A model generated the notes under the pieces. That model was not told where the DNA came from. It made no database searches and worked only from the letters and a program-made list of their open reading frames with translations. This document shows, one piece after another, positions 47,203 to 56,936 of a DNA stretch of 64,000 bases; position 1 is the stretch's first letter; the number at the start of each line of letters is the position of its first letter. The stretch covers positions 33,772 through 97,771 of the forward strand of contig JAYUQG010000019.1 of NCBI GenBank assembly GCA_043756865.1, read 5' to 3'. A program made the translations under genes and the position numbers. This DNA is from a bacterium (GTDB taxonomy: Bacteria > Patescibacteriota > Minisyncoccia > Phycocordibacterales > UBA6899).

Positions 47203-47835
47203 ATGGATGAAAAAGACGGGGAACATTATACTACGGAGCTCTATGTCACCGATTGCGAAGCGGCAATTCGGAGGGTCGATAAAGCCGTATTTGTGAACGC
47301 AGGAAAAGCACCGGCACAAGTGTTCGTCATAGATGAATTCCCAGATGCGGGGATTACCGGTGAACACATAGGGAGAGTGCTCAGTTTTTTTCGTCATTAC
47401 CCCGGTGCGCAGCTCTTTCCAAACGAACATATTGTGCGGCTCGAAAACACACAAGAATGCTACGTCATCTGGAGGCGACAGCTTATACGAAAGATCGAAC
47501 GTATGCTCGCTAACCCCAATCACAGCGGCCTCGGAGACCACGCCCTTCAAGGGCTTTGGTTCATGATGGGCGTCGGACTTGTGCGGAGGCGCGTACTCTA
47601 TCGGAAAGAGTGGTTTCCCGACGCAAAACTACGCGATACGCGCGCACTGCGCAAACATGCACACCTGCTTGGTGACGATATCTTTCTTGCGCTCCGTAAT
47701 TTGGAACTGAAACACGAGGGGAACGATGAGCGCCCCGTTGTACTTGATATTCACCTGACACAGGAACTCGTTACTGCCGCCCAAAATAGCGGAATGACGG
47801 ACGAAACGGCACTCCAATTTGTGAGCACCGACTGA
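47203..47835 (+). CDS. hypothetical protein upstream of helicase-nuclease
   Basis: ORF-track start 47188 is TTG; ATG at 47203 preceded by GGAGGTGA. The opposite-strand ORF 47119-47550 is shorter. No motif recognised. Confidence 0.35.
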   Translation: MDEKDGEHYTTELYVTDCEAAIRRVDKAVFVNAGKAPAQVFVIDEFPDAGITGEHIGRVLSFFRHYPGAQLFPNEHIVRLENTQECYVIWRRQLIRKIERMLANPNHSGLGDHALQGLWFMMGVGLVRRRVLYRKEWFPDAKLRDTRALRKHAHLLGDDIFLALRNLELKHEGNDERPVVLDIHLTQELVTAAQNSGMTDETALQFVSTD

Positions 47836-47842
47836 CCACAAC

Positions 47843-47872
47843 CGCCCACATCCTTCTGTGAGGCGGTTTTTT
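47843..47872 (+). terminator. rho-independent terminator
   Basis: aaCCGCCcacatccttctgtgaGGCGGtttttt. Confidence 0.55.
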
Positions 47873-47917
47873 GACTCAAGAGTCTGCATGATAACCGGTG
47901 CGTGGTACAATGCGCCC

Positions 47918-50900
47918 ATGCACGCGAGCAAGAAATTTGATGAGGCATACCAGAGTCTCAATACGGAGCAGAAAATAGCAGTCGATACTATCGACGGACC
48001 CGTGATGGTCATTGCAGGTCCCGGTACAGGGAAAACACAAGTACTCGCACTTCGCGTCGGAAACATTCTCAAAAAAACTGATGCACGCCCCGGCAATATT
48101 CTTTGTCTCACATTTACTGATGCGGCGGCTATCAACATGCGAGAGCGTCTTGCGCGACTTATTGGCGCAGAGGGCTACAAGGTTGCCGTGCACACCTTTC
48201 ATAGTTTCGCGAGCGATATCATCGGTGCATATCCTGAATACTTTTATCATGGAGCTGACTTTCTTCCCGCCGACAACCTCAAGCAACTCGAAGTACTGGA
48301 AGAAGTATTTGCAGAACTCCCTCGCAGTAACCCACTCGCGTCAAAGCATGGAGACGAATACACCTATTTACGCGACGCGAAAAAGGCAATTCAATCACTC
48401 AAGCGTGCAGGACTGACACCTGAAGAATTCAGTGCAATCATAGAAGAAAACAAAAAGAGCCTTGGAGTAATTTCTCAAGGCATAGACGGTGTGTTTGCTG
48501 ATAGGTTATCTCAGAAAAGCATTGCGTTGGCAGCAGATCTTGCGGCATCACTGGCACGCCTGCCCGAGCAAGCGGGTGCCACGACGCGCACGCTGTCCCA
48601 CACGGTTGCAATTTCACTTACGCGCGCAGTTGCACTCGCACAGGAAGAGGAAAAGACGGCACCACTCTCGGCGTGGAAGGAAAAGTGGGCCAAAAAGAAT
48701 GAGGAGGGCGAACGTGTGCTCAAAGATGCACTCTATGTTGAAAAAATGGAGGCACTGATGTACGTGTACCGTAGGTACCGCGAGCTCATGCACCGTGAAC
48801 GGTATTATGACTTCGACGACATGCTACTCGACGTCGTCTGCGAATTATCCAAAAGCACATCACTGCTTTCGGACTTGCAGGAACGTTATCAATACATTCT
48901 CGTCGACGAGTTTCAGGACACCAACGATGCGCAACTACGCCTTGTGCGACTCCTTGGTAACGCGGAGGTTAATGAAGGAAAGCCAAACATTATGATTGTC
49001 GGCGACGACGATCAGGCAATTTATCGTTTTCAAGGTGCAGAGATTTCTAATATTCTAGATTTCCCAAAACAGTTCAGCGCACATGCACTCGTGGTGCTCA
49101 CAAAAAACTATCGCTCGACACAACACATCCTCGATGTCGCACGAGAGGTTATTGAGAAAAGCGAAGAACGTCTTGAGTCTGTTATCCCTACACTAGAGAA
49201 GAAGCTAGTCGCATCGCGACCTGAGCTCGGAGCAGGCAATATCGTCCACATGTTGTTACCAACACGCACCCACGAGTATGCCTATATTGCGCGGGAAATA
49301 CACGACCTCATCGACAAGGGGCATGATCCTTCTGAAATTGCGATTATCACGCGAAAGCATCGCGAGCTCGAAGACGTAGCACGCGTACTGGTGAGTGCGG
49401 GAATTCCTATCAACTACGAGCGAAAGCAAAACGTATTTGAGGAACCGCACGTAAAAATACTTATAACGATGGGGCGCTTCGTCTCGTCACTTATGCGTGA
49501 TGGTAAGGTGCCCGCCGACCACTTACTCCCCACCATTCTCTCAGCACCGTTTTGGGGACTTTCTCGTGAAACTATTTGGGACATATCCGTCAGTGCCGCA
49601 ACACGTATTGACCGCATGTGGCTCAACGCCATGCGTGAGCATCACGATACCAGTGTCAGAGATATTGCGAATTGGTTCATACGACTCGGGGCTGACTCTC
49701 ACCACGACCCACTTGAGCGCATACTCGACGAACTCATCGGCACCGAGGACGTACTCCTACCAGGCGGAGGAGGGGAAGAGGAGACCCATGAGACTTCCGC
49801 AACCCCCCATGCAAAGTCAAAGCGCGTGCGCTCATTCAAGAGTCCATTTCGTGAATTTTATTTTGGTAATGATGCACGAAGTGGCGCGGAATCAACGTAT
49901 CTGCTATTTCTCTCAAGTCTTCGCGTCTTCATGAACACACTGAAAGTGTTTAAGAATGGAAAGCCACTCTTTATTAACGATATCGCGCTTTTTGTAGATA
50001 TGCATGAACGGCACGACATCGCACTTCCCGACACAACCCCATTTGTCAGTGCGAAAAAAGCCGTACATTTGATGACTGCACACAAGGCGAAAGGGCTTGA
50101 GTTCGAAACCGTCTTTGTTGCCTCATGCCAAGAAGAAATATGGGCGGGGCGAGGTTTTCCAAATAAACTTCCATTTCCGACAAATCTACCCATCGAGCCG
50201 GGGGAAGGGGGCGACGACAGGCTACGCATCTTTTACGTCGCAATGACACGTGCGAAAAAGCATTTGTATATCACCTCGTACCGCAAAAGTGACTCAGGCA
50301 AGGACTCGTTGAAAATCGGCTTCATCGTACCAGAGACAGACGGGGGCGCTATTGCTACGCACCTCTATGAGCAAGAGACCGTTATTTCTGCAGAGGAAAT
50401 AATGCGTGACATGTCGGAACACACCGTGAATCCTGCATATTTTTCCGTCACTCTCGGTGAACGCGCAATACTCGAAGAGCGGGTAAAGGATTATCACATG
50501 AGCGTCACACATCTCAATAATTTTCTTGATGTAACAAACGGTGGTCCTGCATATTTCTTGGAACAAAACCTGTTGAGCTTCCCGCAAGCGAAAAGCCCGA
50601 GTAGTGTGTACGGCTCCGCAATGCACAAAGGAGTCGAGCGATTTTATACGGAATTGAAAAAAACAGGAAAGGTGCCGTTGGAGGATAAATTGCTCGCGGG
50701 ATTTCGTGACGAAATGAAACGTGGACGCATCACCGAATCAGAGTATAAACATTTCTTGCGTGCGGGTGAAGAAGCGCTGCCTGTGTGGTATCGCGAGCGA
50801 GGAAAATTTGCCGACAAAAAGCACTACTCGGAGTTTAATTTCAAGGGGCAAGGTGTCGTTGTCGACGGTGTGCCCATAGTTGGGAAAATAGACAAAATGA

Positions 50901-51289
50901 TAGAGAACGATGGCGTCATGCAGGTCTGTGACTTCAAAACAGGCAAGGTCAAAGAAAACTGGGAGGGCAAGGATGCGCGTGAAAAAATCACACTTACTAA
51001 CTATCGACGTCAGTTGCTGTTTTACAAGCTACTGGTCGAGCACTCACATACATTTGAACGTTGTCGTGTCGAAACAGGCACACTGGAGTTTCTCGAGCCC
51101 AAAGAAGGCAAAATCTGTGAACTAGCGCTTAATTTAACCGACACCGAGACAGAACGCCTTGCAAAGCTTATCGTTGCGGTTCATGCAAAAATAATCGCAC
51201 TGGATTTTCCAGATGTATCGGCATACACAAAGGACCTCGCAGGAATTCTGCAATTCGAGGAGGACCTACTTTCTGGTGTGTGCGTATAA
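47918..51289 (+). CDS. UvrD/PcrA-type SF1 helicase fused to C-terminal RecB-family PD-(D/E)xK nuclease (AddA-like)
   Basis: AGPGTGKTQ, YILVDEFQDTND, VGDDDQAIYRFQGA, NYRS, TAHKAKGLEF, FYVAMTRAKKHLYI. C-terminal nuclease motifs GKIDK.. / VCDFKTGK / YRRQLLFYKLL. Upstream alternative starts: GTG at 47858, ATG at 47888. Confidence 0.85.
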   Translation: MHASKKFDEAYQSLNTEQKIAVDTIDGPVMVIAGPGTGKTQVLALRVGNILKKTDARPGNILCLTFTDAAAINMRERLARLIGAEGYKVAVHTFHSFASDIIGAYPEYFYHGADFLPADNLKQLEVLEEVFAELPRSNPLASKHGDEYTYLRDAKKAIQSLKRAGLTPEEFSAIIEENKKSLGVISQGIDGVFADRLSQKSIALAADLAASLARLPEQAGATTRTLSHTVAISLTRAVALAQEEEKTAPLSAWKEKWAKKNEEGERVLKDALYVEKMEALMYVYRRYRELMHRERYYDFDDMLLDVVCELSKSTSLLSDLQERYQYILVDEFQDTNDAQLRLVRLLGNAEVNEGKPNIMIVGDDDQAIYRFQGAEISNILDFPKQFSAHALVVLTKNYRSTQHILDVAREVIEKSEERLESVIPTLEKKLVASRPELGAGNIVHMLLPTRTHEYAYIAREIHDLIDKGHDPSEIAIITRKHRELEDVARVLVSAGIPINYERKQNVFEEPHVKILITMGRFVSSLMRDGKVPADHLLPTILSAPFWGLSRETIWDISVSAATRIDRMWLNAMREHHDTSVRDIANWFIRLGADSHHDPLERILDELIGTEDVLLPGGGGEEETHETSATPHAKSKRVRSFKSPFREFYFGNDARSGAESTYLLFLSSLRVFMNTLKVFKNGKPLFINDIALFVDMHERHDIALPDTTPFVSAKKAVHLMTAHKAKGLEFETVFVASCQEEIWAGRGFPNKLPFPTNLPIEPGEGGDDRLRIFYVAMTRAKKHLYITSYRKSDSGKDSLKIGFIVPETDGGAIATHLYEQETVISAEEIMRDMSEHTVNPAYFSVTLGERAILEERVKDYHMSVTHLNNFLDVTNGGPAYFLEQNLLSFPQAKSPSSVYGSAMHKGVERFYTELKKTGKVPLEDKLLAGFRDEMKRGRITESEYKHFLRAGEEALPVWYRERGKFADKKHYSEFNFKGQGVVVDGVPIVGKIDKMIENDGVMQVCDFKTGKVKENWEGKDAREKITLTNYRRQLLFYKLLVEHSHTFERCRVETGTLEFLEPKEGKICELALNLTDTETERLAKLIVAVHAKIIALDFPDVSAYTKDLAGILQFEEDLLSGVCV

Positions 51290-51312
51290 AAAAACAGCCC
51301 CTCATGGGGCCG
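51288..51312 (-). terminator. rho-independent terminator of lipoprotein gene (minus strand)
   Basis: rc reads GCCCCatgaGGGGCtgttttttta. Confidence 0.5.
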
Positions 51313-51324
51313 CTTGCGCGTGCA

Positions 51325-51849
51325 TTACGGCTTGCGTTTGACCTTGAGCCAGCCTTCGAGCTGGCGGTTGATGATGCCTTCGCGGTATTCCTTGGAAAGT
51401 ACTTCGCCTGAGGTGCTCTTGAAGGTCAGATTCTTGACCCGATTACCGTCTTCGACCTCGTGTATCGTGACGCTTAGCACCTGCGCGCAGTCGGCGGGAA
51501 GCTCGTAGTTCACTGGCGTACCAGTCCAACGCGAGATTCCACGCGTACGCAGAGTGGACGAATCCTGCCCATGCGGGACCCAGCGAATGATGCCTTCGAG
51601 GGGGCTCACATCCTTGAACTCCTGCGTGTAGACGTAGCCGTCGTCCGCCGTGAACGTCACATCTTTGATGGTCGAACCGGAGTCCTTTTCCTTGTGGAAA
51701 CTGACTCCGATGACTTCCTTCATGTGCGCGACCTCAAGCACCTGCGCATGTTCACGTCCCATGAGTCGCGAGACATCACGTCCGCAGCCGGAGACGGCAA
51801 GTGTAGATGAAATTGCGAGAGCAAGAGCTATAGTGGAAAAGATGCGCAT
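51325..51849 (-). CDS. putative lipoprotein
   Basis: MRIFSTIALALAISSTLAVSGC lipobox. GGAG 10 nt upstream. ORF-track start 51915 lies further upstream. Confidence 0.55.
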   Translation of the reverse strand: MRIFSTIALALAISSTLAVSGCGRDVSRLMGREHAQVLEVAHMKEVIGVSFHKEKDSGSTIKDVTFTADDGYVYTQEFKDVSPLEGIIRWVPHGQDSSTLRTRGISRWTGTPVNYELPADCAQVLSVTIHEVEDGNRVKNLTFKSTSGEVLSKEYREGIINRQLEGWLKVKRKP

Positions 51850-51966
51850 GAGTACACACTCCATTGGTTGAGAAGAAGCCACGGTAATTATAGCACAAAT
51901 AGTTGACAAAAGCAAGTATCGTGGTAGTTTTGATGCTTAGATACAGTCACCTAGGGGAGTAATGTT

Positions 51967-52299
51967 ATGGCACTTGTCGAAATCGACCATGTTCTGGGCA
52001 CGCTCGAAAAAGAGTTCAGTGTCTGTCTGACGCTCAAGCAGCGACAGGAAGCGCGAGGCATTTACGGTGTCATGGTGCGACTTGCACTCATACACACGCT
52101 CAAGTCAGAAACTCTGCGCATGATTTTCAGCAAGCTGAAAGACCTGCCCGAGGGTTACGCACATGCCGAGCAAATCATGTTGTTTGCGACACCCGATGAG
52201 TGCAAACACATACAAGTTGCGCAAGCCGTATCCCAAGCGATAGGCAGGGCAGCGCGAACGTCGCAAAGCAATGGCAACTTCCCCCCGCTCTTTTCGTGA
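51967..52299 (+). CDS. hypothetical protein (110 aa)
   Basis: ATG ORF. No motif recognised. Confidence 0.35.
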   Translation: MALVEIDHVLGTLEKEFSVCLTLKQRQEARGIYGVMVRLALIHTLKSETLRMIFSKLKDLPEGYAHAEQIMLFATPDECKHIQVAQAVSQAIGRAARTSQSNGNFPPLFS

Positions 52300-52349
52300 G
52301 TACAACCGTCAACTTGGCGGTTTTTTTGTATCTCCACTACAATATAGGA

Positions 52350-53864
52350 ATGGCTAATCTCAGGCAGACTCTCTATGCGTGGCGAGACAATGAGGCGGCG
52401 ACACGGGGTGTCGAGCTTTTTCGCATACTCCCGAATACTGCCCTCGAAGAGATTGTACGCAGTGTCCCCAAGACGAGAGAAGAGTTAATGGCCATCAAGG
52501 GCATTAAGGATGCGAAGTTCGCTCAGTTTGGGCAAGTCATTCTTGGACTTGTGGCGAATCACACCGCAACTGCACTACATGGAGATGTCGCACCGAAAAC
52601 TGATGATGTGCCACCCGCGCAAAAAGAAGAAAAGAAGGCATTTTCGGTTAGTGCATATCTCGACATCATCAACAGGGAGTTGTGGAGACTGCGCGCACGC
52701 GTGCAGGGTGAAGTCACGAGTTTTAAGTTTCAAGGTAGCGCAGTGTACCTCGCACTGAAAGATGCAGCGGACGACAGCACCCTCAATGTATTCATGTGGA
52801 CGCGTGACCAAGTGCTCTCCGGCATTGAGCTCCGCGAAGGACTCGAAATTGTTATTGAAGGAAGATCAGAAATCTACAAACCCTCAGGGAGATTCAGTTT
52901 TCGTGCTGAGACAATGGAGCTCGTAGGCGAGGGTGCGCTAAAAAAAGCATACGACACGCTGAAGAAAAAGCTGGAAAGCGAAGGACTCTTTGATGTTGCG
53001 CGCAAGCGCGCGCTACCAGAATTTCCGGAGCGTATCGGCCTCATCACCTCGCGCACAGGTGCGGTTATACATGATTTTTCGACAAACCTTGGGAGATTTG
53101 GCTACACGATTTCATTTGTAGACTCGCGCGTTGAGGGCACACTCGCAGTGAAAGACATTCTCAAAGCAATTGAACTGGTACAAACAAAACACATAGACGT
53201 ATTGGTGCTCATACGCGGAGGGGGAAGTTTGGAGAGCTTACAGGCCTTCAACAACGAAGCAGTGGTCCGCGCACTTATCGCTGTGCCTGTTCCAGTGATT
53301 TGTGCTATTGGTCATGACAAGGACGTACCACTCGCACAACTCGTGGCAGATTTTGCACCATCGACACCCACTGCAGCCACTACATTACTTAATAAATCGT
53401 GGGAGGATGCGCGTCATGAAATGCGTCTACACGAGCGAGAAATAGTCTCTCGTTATGAACGTGTGCTCTGGTCAAACACCGATGTTATCGCAAGCACTGT
53501 GGCACACATAGAAACATTCTTTGGGCGAATCATAAAGCCAATAAAAGCGTTAACGCAAGATTTCGAAGGACACACACGTACACTCGAGTCTTGGTTTGCA
53601 ACCACTCAAAGAGAACTCCAAAATACAAAAAAGGAAATGTTGCGCCTTTCTGAGCGCGGACACAGCGTACAGAGTGCACTACTTGAGGCATGTACTAAAT
53701 CTCTCGCAATGCACGACCCCATGCGCCAGCTAAAACTGGGCTATAGCATTCTCCTTAGGCAGGGAAAAGTCCTGCGTTCGGTAAAACAACTCGCCCCGGG
53801 GGACAATTTTGATGCACAGCTTTCCGATGGTACACTGTCCGCAACACTCAACCACAAGGAGTAA
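52350..53864 (+). CDS. xseA: exodeoxyribonuclease VII large subunit with N-terminal HRDC-like domain
   Basis: OB-fold plus catalytic core (ITSRTGAVIHDF, LIRGGGSLESL, AIGHDKD). N-terminal about 65 aa resemble an HRDC helix bundle (ELFRILPNTALEEIVRSVPKTREELMAIKGI). ATG at 52350 with AGGA upstream. Confidence 0.8.
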   Translation: MANLRQTLYAWRDNEAATRGVELFRILPNTALEEIVRSVPKTREELMAIKGIKDAKFAQFGQVILGLVANHTATALHGDVAPKTDDVPPAQKEEKKAFSVSAYLDIINRELWRLRARVQGEVTSFKFQGSAVYLALKDAADDSTLNVFMWTRDQVLSGIELREGLEIVIEGRSEIYKPSGRFSFRAETMELVGEGALKKAYDTLKKKLESEGLFDVARKRALPEFPERIGLITSRTGAVIHDFSTNLGRFGYTISFVDSRVEGTLAVKDILKAIELVQTKHIDVLVLIRGGGSLESLQAFNNEAVVRALIAVPVPVICAIGHDKDVPLAQLVADFAPSTPTAATTLLNKSWEDARHEMRLHEREIVSRYERVLWSNTDVIASTVAHIETFFGRIIKPIKALTQDFEGHTRTLESWFATTQRELQNTKKEMLRLSERGHSVQSALLEACTKSLAMHDPMRQLKLGYSILLRQGKVLRSVKQLAPGDNFDAQLSDGTLSATLNHKE

Positions 53865-53883
53865 TATCCACCACCTAAACACC

Positions 53884-54093
53884 ATGACAAAGTCACAAAC
53901 AAATCTCACTGACGCAATGAAAAAGCTGCGGGGGATTATCGAATGGTTTGAATCGCAAGACGAAATAGATGTCGAAAAGGGACTGGAAAAAGTGAAGGAA
54001 GGGGCAGTACTCCTAAAGCTTTCAAAAGTCCGACTAAAGGAACTTGAAAATGAATTTGAAGATATCAAAAAAACGCTTGCCGATAATGACTAG
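53884..54093 (+). CDS. xseB: exodeoxyribonuclease VII small subunit
   Basis: 69-aa helical protein (LRGIIEWFESQD...LEKVKEGAVLLKLSKVRLKELENE) directly after xseA. Confidence 0.7.
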   Translation: MTKSQTNLTDAMKKLRGIIEWFESQDEIDVEKGLEKVKEGAVLLKLSKVRLKELENEFEDIKKTLADND

Positions 54094-55837
54094 GGGTTAC
54101 TGGGGTGAAAGGTTGGCGCGCACGTTCATTGTGTTCGCGCTCGTACTGTTTCCACACTTCGCAATTGCGGACAGCGAAATCATCAGCGCGTTTACGACAC
54201 ATTTTGAAATTAATGTGAATGGAAGCGTTAATGTTCAGGAAGAAATCGTATATGATTTCGGTCCAAACGCCGTAAACAAGCATGGTATTTACCGCGAAAT
54301 CCCCCTACAGTTTTCGATACCGGGTGAGCGTACGGCGCGGCAGATTGAGATTTCGAGCATTATGGTTACTGACGGAAGGGGTAATCTGAGACCATCCCAA
54401 TACACTGGAGGCGGAAATTATGTCTCACTCAAAATAGGTGACCCTGATGTCACGGTCACCGGACCCCAGCTCTACGTTATTCGTTATACCGTATGGGGTG
54501 CATTGATTTCGTTACCTGATAAAGACGAATTTTATTGGAATACCACTGGAGAAAAGTGGGCTGAGCCCATACTACGCGCAAGAGCTGAAGTAGTGTTGCC
54601 CGTACCCGCACAAACCGAACTTATATCGCACGTCTGTTATGCGGGGCCACCACAAAGTGACCTACGCTGCACAAGCACGACGACACCCGATACGATTGCC
54701 ACAGAGTCGCGCATGGTGGTCTTTGAGGAAAACGCGGGCCTCGCTCCCCATTTTGGAATGACAATTGCGGTAGGGGTACCAAAAGGCATATTCAATGTCC
54801 CTGCCGCAAAATTTACCCCCGAACCGGACACCAGCACATTTTGGGGGAAGTTGCGCACTATTTCGTTTGTATCCACATTACTGATTCCCATTGCCACCTT
54901 TGTTGCGATGTGGAGAATTTGGTCAAAACGCGGACGTGACCCAAAAGGCAGAGGAGTAGTAATTGTCGCATATGATATTCCCAAACACTTAGGAGTGCTC
55001 GAACTTGCATACCTGAGCAAGAACACCCTCGAACACAATGCACTTTCCGCCGCGCTTGTAGACCTCGCGATTCGCGGATATCTAACTATCGAGCGCATCG
55101 TCACAAAAAAACTTTTCATTGACACCGAAGACTTCCGGATTACATTCCTGAAAGAGGTAGGTACAAGCAAGTTAAGTATTGCGGAGAAAATTCTCTATAA
55201 CGAGTTTCGTGACCATGGGGACACACTGCTGCTCTCATCGCTGTCACACAAGCTCACGGGGTTAAGCGCTATACTCGGAACACAGGTTGCGGAAGACCTC
55301 ACACAAAAGGGGTACTACACGGAGAATCCTATCAAGGTGGGGCAGAATTATTTTATTGCTGCGGTAGGATTATTCTTTTTTGGAATGTTTATTCCACTGC
55401 TCAACATTGCTATCGTTATGAGTGCAATCATTATTTTTGTGTTTGCCCTATTGATGCCTAAACGCACTGAGGACGGTGTGCTGCTGGTGGAGGAGATTGC
55501 GGGATTCAAGGAATATCTTTCTGTTGCAGAGAAAGACCGAATTGACTTTGTGAATGCACCAGATAAAGACCCGAAGAGTTTTGAGCGTTTTTTGCCATAC
55601 GCAATGGTGTTTAAGGTGGAAAAAGCATGGGCCTCCAAGTTCAAGGATATTTATACCAACAAAGACTCTGCACATTGGTACAGCGGATCAGGTGCCTTTA
55701 ATGCCGCGACACTTGTTGCAGGTATGGACGCGTTTGATACGAGCACTGCTTCTGCTTTTTCGTTAGAAGGTGGCGGTTCTAGTGGAGGCGGCTCCGCGGG
55801 AGGAGGTGGTGGGGGCGGCGGAGGAGGAAGTTGGTAG
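54086..55837 (+). CDS. DUF2207-like membrane protein with Gly-rich C-terminal tail
   Basis: Signal peptide. Large extracellular domain. 3 TM segments. Tail GGGSSGGGSAGGGGGGGGGGSW. ORF-track start 54044 is TTG; ATG at 54086 overlaps the xseB stop. Confidence 0.6.
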   Translation: MTRGYWGERLARTFIVFALVLFPHFAIADSEIISAFTTHFEINVNGSVNVQEEIVYDFGPNAVNKHGIYREIPLQFSIPGERTARQIEISSIMVTDGRGNLRPSQYTGGGNYVSLKIGDPDVTVTGPQLYVIRYTVWGALISLPDKDEFYWNTTGEKWAEPILRARAEVVLPVPAQTELISHVCYAGPPQSDLRCTSTTTPDTIATESRMVVFEENAGLAPHFGMTIAVGVPKGIFNVPAAKFTPEPDTSTFWGKLRTISFVSTLLIPIATFVAMWRIWSKRGRDPKGRGVVIVAYDIPKHLGVLELAYLSKNTLEHNALSAALVDLAIRGYLTIERIVTKKLFIDTEDFRITFLKEVGTSKLSIAEKILYNEFRDHGDTLLLSSLSHKLTGLSAILGTQVAEDLTQKGYYTENPIKVGQNYFIAAVGLFFFGMFIPLLNIAIVMSAIIIFVFALLMPKRTEDGVLLVEEIAGFKEYLSVAEKDRIDFVNAPDKDPKSFERFLPYAMVFKVEKAWASKFKDIYTNKDSAHWYSGSGAFNAATLVAGMDAFDTSTASAFSLEGGGSSGGGSAGGGGGGGGGGSW

Positions 55838-55876
55838 CAATTTAATTTAACATTTTAGTACAATAACAACACACAT

Positions 55877-56080
55877 ATGGATACAGAGATACTAAAAAAA
55901 CTGGAGAATCTTGAGGCAAAAATTGATGCAATTTATGTTTCCACAGAACAGACGCGGAAATATTTCTTTTGGACTATGGTACTCACCGTAGTGGTGTTTG
56001 TCGTTCCACTTATTGGTCTTATGTTTGTGATTCCGACATTTATTTCAAGCTATACCGCAGGGATGGAGGGGTTGATGTAG
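55877..56080 (+). CDS. small membrane protein (67 aa)
   Basis: Coiled N-terminus plus one TM (FFWTMVLTVVVFVVPLIGLMFVI). Confidence 0.4.
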   Translation: MDTEILKKLENLEAKIDAIYVSTEQTRKYFFWTMVLTVVVFVVPLIGLMFVIPTFISSYTAGMEGLM

Positions 56081-56102
56081 GGTGGGCTGATGTTTAAACA
56101 AA

Positions 56103-56122
56103 CTCCCCGCATAAGCGGGGGA
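56103..56122 (+). terminator. perfect 8-bp hairpin (CTCCCCGC-ataa-GCGGGGAG) after the small membrane gene
   Basis: Read directly. There is no strong U-tract, so terminator function is uncertain. Confidence 0.35.
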
Positions 56123-56131
56123 GTAGTGTAT

Positions 56132-56416
56132 TCATTCAACGCACGCGAGGTGGTGAACCTTGGCGCGATGTACTTCGATGACTTTTCGGATTGCGTCCTT
56201 GAGATTGCGCGATTCTGTCCCACATGGATCGCTTACATGCTTGCAACGCTTGATTTCTGTTTCGAAAAAACCTTGAGGAAAACGATGTTCTTCGAGCATC
56301 ACCATGAAGTTTCCACCACTGTTGTTGACGCGGCACACATAAGTATCACCCTCGTACATGGCACTTACGCTTACGATGCGTAATGCCTCATCGGGATTGT
56401 ATTCGCCAATTTTCAC
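56132..56416 (-). CDS. hypothetical protein (94 aa), possible last gene of SulP operon
   Basis: GTG start. Preferred over the overlapping + ORF 56090-56383, which would have to encode through the perfect hairpin. Confidence 0.3.
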   Translation of the reverse strand: MKIGEYNPDEALRIVSVSAMYEGDTYVCRVNNSGGNFMVMLEEHRFPQGFFETEIKRCKHVSDPCGTESRNLKDAIRKVIEVHRAKVHHLACVE

Positions 56417-56519
56417 TTGTCACCCCATGCTTAGTCTTTATGTATTCTAAAACAGAGAATTATCCTCTGACATCTGTCACCCCAAAGAATTGTGTGTTCT
56501 TACGAAGAGTGCAATATGC

Positions 56520-56936
56520 CTAGACCTCATCAACAGTCCAAACTTTTGGATTTTCTGTCTCGTGCGCCCAAAGTCCCACGACCGTGACCACAAGCTCGGG
56601 ATCAATTTCTTGAATCAGTTTTTTTGTCGTTTCCACATCACTTGAAATGCACACACAATGTGCGTCATGGTCGATGGGGTTTCCCGCGCAATCATCGTGT
56701 CCTACGACAGAGACCGTACGAGAGCCGTGGTTTATTATTGAAATTTCAAGCTTACGCTTTAGCCATGCGCGCTGTTCAGGGGTCATATTGAGCTCAAATG
56801 CATCCATTCCTGGTTCGGTAATGGAGTCGATAAAATCGAGGCCATATTTCGCTTTCATCCACGTCACTGTAGCATCGAGCGAGCGCCCGTCCATGCAGTT
56901 AATCGTCGTTCCGAATGTTAAATTTGCATGTGCCAT
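56520..56936 (-). CDS. small beta-carbonic-anhydrase-like zinc-binding protein (tentative)
   Basis: CMDGR ... VVGHDDCAGN mirrors the beta-CA CxDxR / HxxC(G) zinc-ligand motifs with similar spacing. Only 138 aa. Directly downstream of SulP. Confidence 0.4.
   Translation of the reverse strand: MAHANLTFGTTINCMDGRSLDATVTWMKAKYGLDFIDSITEPGMDAFELNMTPEQRAWLKRKLEISIINHGSRTVSVVGHDDCAGNPIDHDAHCVCISSDVETTKKLIQEIDPELVVTVVGLWAHETENPKVWTVDEV

Noticed and set aside
47119-47550. 143-aa minus-strand ORF opposite the 47203-47835 gene
   Set aside because: Shorter. Lacks an RBS. The + strand ORF has GGAGGTGA 5 nt upstream of the ATG and a terminator after it.
56090-56383. 97-aa + strand ORF
   Set aside because: It would have to translate through the perfect 8-bp hairpin at 56103-56122. 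The overlapping minus-strand ORF was preferred, with low confidence.
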